Source of the DNA: Candidatus Bathyarchaeota archaeon
Lineage (GTDB): Archaea > Thermoproteota > Bathyarchaeia > TCS64
Assembly: GCA_963769425.1 (NCBI GenBank)
Contig: CAVYLP010000006.1
Span: 273-64,272, forward strand
Direction: 5' to 3'
Length of the DNA stretch: 64,000 bases
Part shown: in pieces, positions 61,922-64,000 of the stretch
How positions within the stretch are numbered: the stretch's first letter is position 1
Layout: each line of letters starts with the position of its first letter
Position numbers and translations under genes: made by a program
The notes under the pieces: generated by a model
The model's input: the letters and a program-made list of their open reading frames with translations, nothing else
Told to the model about the DNA's origin: nothing
Database searches by the model: none

Positions 61922-62338
61922 ATGGTTTTCGTAGTGATTTTAAGGCAGCTAGAGTCTGGTTGTGGTATGGCTAGCGAGTCGATGGGGCGGAGAAGGTTCT
62001 CGGCGCTCGCTGAGGGGTGTGAGCCCCTCTGGCTCCTCCACATGGAGGCGGATTACATAGGCTTCATGGTGAGCATCGAGACAGAGATTAGGCTGCTTGA
62101 ACACATCGACTCCTGTCGAGCTTGCATGGACAAGCTAGCTGAGGTCTCTAACAAGGTCCGCGACCCCGCGGATGAGTTGGAGGAACTATTTGCAGTAGAC
62201 CTACCCGAGAAACTAGCGGATAAGCCAGGTTCCGAGGACTGCCCGATCCGGGATAATTTCTCCGACGCAGACGCTTACCATCAAGGCGAGGATAAGTTGG
62301 CGGGTAAAGAGACTGAAAAAGCTCCTATCCGACGCTGA
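61922..62338 (+). CDS. hypothetical protein with H-x3-C-x2-C zinc-finger-like motif
   Basis: 138 aa, HIDSCRACMDKL reminiscent of anti-sigma-type zinc fingers. The start may be the internal Met at ~61967. Confidence 0.35.
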   Translation: MVFVVILRQLESGCGMASESMGRRRFSALAEGCEPLWLLHMEADYIGFMVSIETEIRLLEHIDSCRACMDKLAEVSNKVRDPADELEELFAVDLPEKLADKPGSEDCPIRDNFSDADAYHQGEDKLAGKETEKAPIRR

Positions 62339-62388
62339 GCTTGAACTCGGCCATCTCAGCGGTAGGATAAGGGAAGAGGGAAAGAAGT

Positions 62389-62841
62389 CTACTCCTTGAG
62401 TTCCGCGACCATCCAGGCCTCGACCGCTATCCAGCCAGGGTGGTGGAGTGGAAGAGCCGTCCTAGCTGGCTTCCCCTCGGGGTCACCGTAGAGGTTCACG
62501 AGTAGATCGGTGAAACCGTTCAGCACCTTGGGCTGGTCCATGAACCCCTCGGCGCTGTTTATGAAGCCGACGACCTGAAGCACCTGCTTGATCCTGTCGA
62601 GGTTCCCGAGTTGCCTCTTCAGCTGGCTGAGGCAGTTGAGCCCGACCTCCTGAGCGGCCTTGTAGCCCTCCTCGAGTGTAAGCTCCTTGCCAACCATGCC
62701 TCGCTTTGTCGTCTGGAATGGGCCTTGCCCGCAGCTGAAGACTATGTTGTTGGCCCACTTGGCGCCTATGTAGTTGCCCTTGTAGTTTGGTGGAGGTGGT
62801 AGCTCTAGTCCTAGTTTCTTTAACTTGGCTTCAATTGACAT
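62389..62841 (-). CDS. RidA/YjgF-family protein (Rid-family deaminase-like)
   Basis: Start taken at the internal Met (MSIEAKLKKLGLELP...). C-terminal ...ARTALPLHHPGWIAVEAWMVAELKE and an overall Rid fold signature. Confidence 0.7.
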   Translation of the reverse strand: MSIEAKLKKLGLELPPPPNYKGNYIGAKWANNIVFSCGQGPFQTTKRGMVGKELTLEEGYKAAQEVGLNCLSQLKRQLGNLDRIKQVLQVVGFINSAEGFMDQPKVLNGFTDLLVNLYGDPEGKPARTALPLHHPGWIAVEAWMVAELKE

Positions 62842-62934
62842 GAGTCTACAAAGGGTTAACATAGGTTTTAACGGTTGTCGGTGGAGACTGCGGTGTACTC
62901 TTTATTATCGAGACCAGTATCTCCCTGTGAGATA

Positions 62935-64000
62935 TGACGCCGAGCATCATCGAGAAGGGCATTGGATTCGTCAAGAAGCAACAGAACCCCTTCAAGGTGA
63001 ATATGGCGAAGAACATTGTCCAGAACTTCAGCCTCGGCCTCACTCAGCAGTACCAATCCATCTACATCACTGCGCTGGGGGCGACAGCACTCGAACTCGG
63101 CTACGTGACGAGCATCGGCGGCATAGCATTCGCGCTAATTACTTTACCAGTTGGCATCTTGGCTGACAAGTATGGCATAAGGCGGATTCTAATGGCCGCC
63201 CTTCTCCTCATGGCGGGCGGCTATGCTATCTTTGGTGGCTCAACAACCTGGGAGATGACTGCAGCGGCTCTCATCCTAACGAGTATCTCTTGGGAGATGA
63301 CAATGAACGTCTGCCCCATGATCTGCGGGGCTAGTCTCGAAAGTGTCGAACGTGTAACGGGGATGCAGCTTTGCGATACTGTGGCTGCCTTACCCAGGCT
63401 CTTTGCCCCCATTGTTGCCGCCTTCCTGATAACCCAATTTGGGGGCCTAAACGTTGAGGGAATCAGGCCACTCTACTGGATTGAAGTGGGGGGCATACTC
63501 GTTGCCTTCGGGATCATTTGGAAGTATTTCACTAACCCACCCCGCATTATGGGGAGCAGGGGGATAACAATCAATGACGGTATAGGGCGTGTATTCAAGG
63601 AGGGGGTGAACATCAAGCGTTGGCTTCTCTATAGCGCAGCGAACATGTTTCCAACCTACATGGCTATCTACATCCCACTCTTCGCGAAGACGATGCGCGG
63701 GGCGCAGCCCTACAGCCTTGGGCTCATGGACGCCGTCTACTGGGGCATCGTTGTGGTGCTCGCGATGCCTGTCGGCCTCTCCGCCGACAGATTCGGTAGG
63801 AAGAACCTCATCACGCTGATGTGCCCGCTCTACGCACTCGGGCTATTAGTACTGGCCTATGTTCCAGGTGAGTTAACACTGATCGCTGTGGGCCTTCTAA
63901 CTGGGTTCATTCAGCTCGCGGGTGTAACAAGTGGGTCTATCTCTGTTGAGCTCGTTCCAAAGGAGCTGCTCGGGTCATGGTACGGGATCATAGGGATGGC
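62935..64000 (+). CDS. MFS transporter (5' part; continues beyond window end)
   Basis: Frame is open from the ATG at 62935 to the window edge. The translation has ~9 hydrophobic helices and the MFS-like motif GILADKYGIRRIL / DRFGRKN. Not in the ORF track because there is no in-window stop. Confidence 0.7.

Overview
This 64-kb window is archaeal: it carries an AglB/STT3 oligosaccharyltransferase (WWDYG motif), an archaeal-type PhoU regulator with an AbrB-like N-terminus, Mvh/Hdr genes and TATA-like, apparently leaderless promoters. It is GC-rich overall, with several AT-rich, gene-poor accessory patches.

Most of the window is an anaerobic redox hub built from heterodisulfide-reductase modules:
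- Locus 1 (8239-15481, minus strand) is a complete, translationally coupled hdrA-mvhD-hdrC-hdrB-mvhG-mvhA operon, with a HycI-type maturation protease nearby. Its hdrA is an unusual tandem fusion (HdrA-like module plus complete HdrA, about 1005 aa) and carries one apparent frameshift.
- Locus 2 (15795-20590, minus strand) is a paralogous hdrC-hdrB-hdrA'-hdrA-mvhD locus whose full hdrA carries two frameshifts. Its mvhD 3' end runs, through two further frame changes, into an ArsR-like winged-helix coding segment.
- A third, divergently transcribed hdrCB pair lies at 20789-22170.
- A hdrC-hdrB-sdhB-sdhA-hdrA::mvhD cluster (51854-57949) looks like an Hdr-coupled thiol:fumarate reductase or type-E succinate dehydrogenase. 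It sits beside a class I fumarase (beta then alpha subunit); an NAD(P) malic enzyme lies 28 kb away at 22220-23560.

Housekeeping genes include argH, lplA with gcvH, a pstSCAB-phoU operon with the PhoU-family regulator, aglB, a nitroreductase, an SDR reductase, a radical SAM/SPASM protein, a PHP phosphatase, a RidA protein and an MFS transporter. There is also an ABC-2 exporter followed by a large surface protein with CARDB-like repeats.

Accessory and decay signals:
- a roughly 190-bp inverted repeat pair (about 80-85 percent identical) brackets the 22-kb hydrogenase/Hdr segment;
- a terminase large-subunit gene is broken by multiple frameshifts (a provirus remnant);
- a flavodoxin paralog is frameshifted;
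- a 3.3-kb AT-rich island holds an esterase remnant;
- (GC)n tracts recur in AT-rich intergenic DNA.

All calls rest on reading the six-frame translations and recognising family motifs. No database search was possible.
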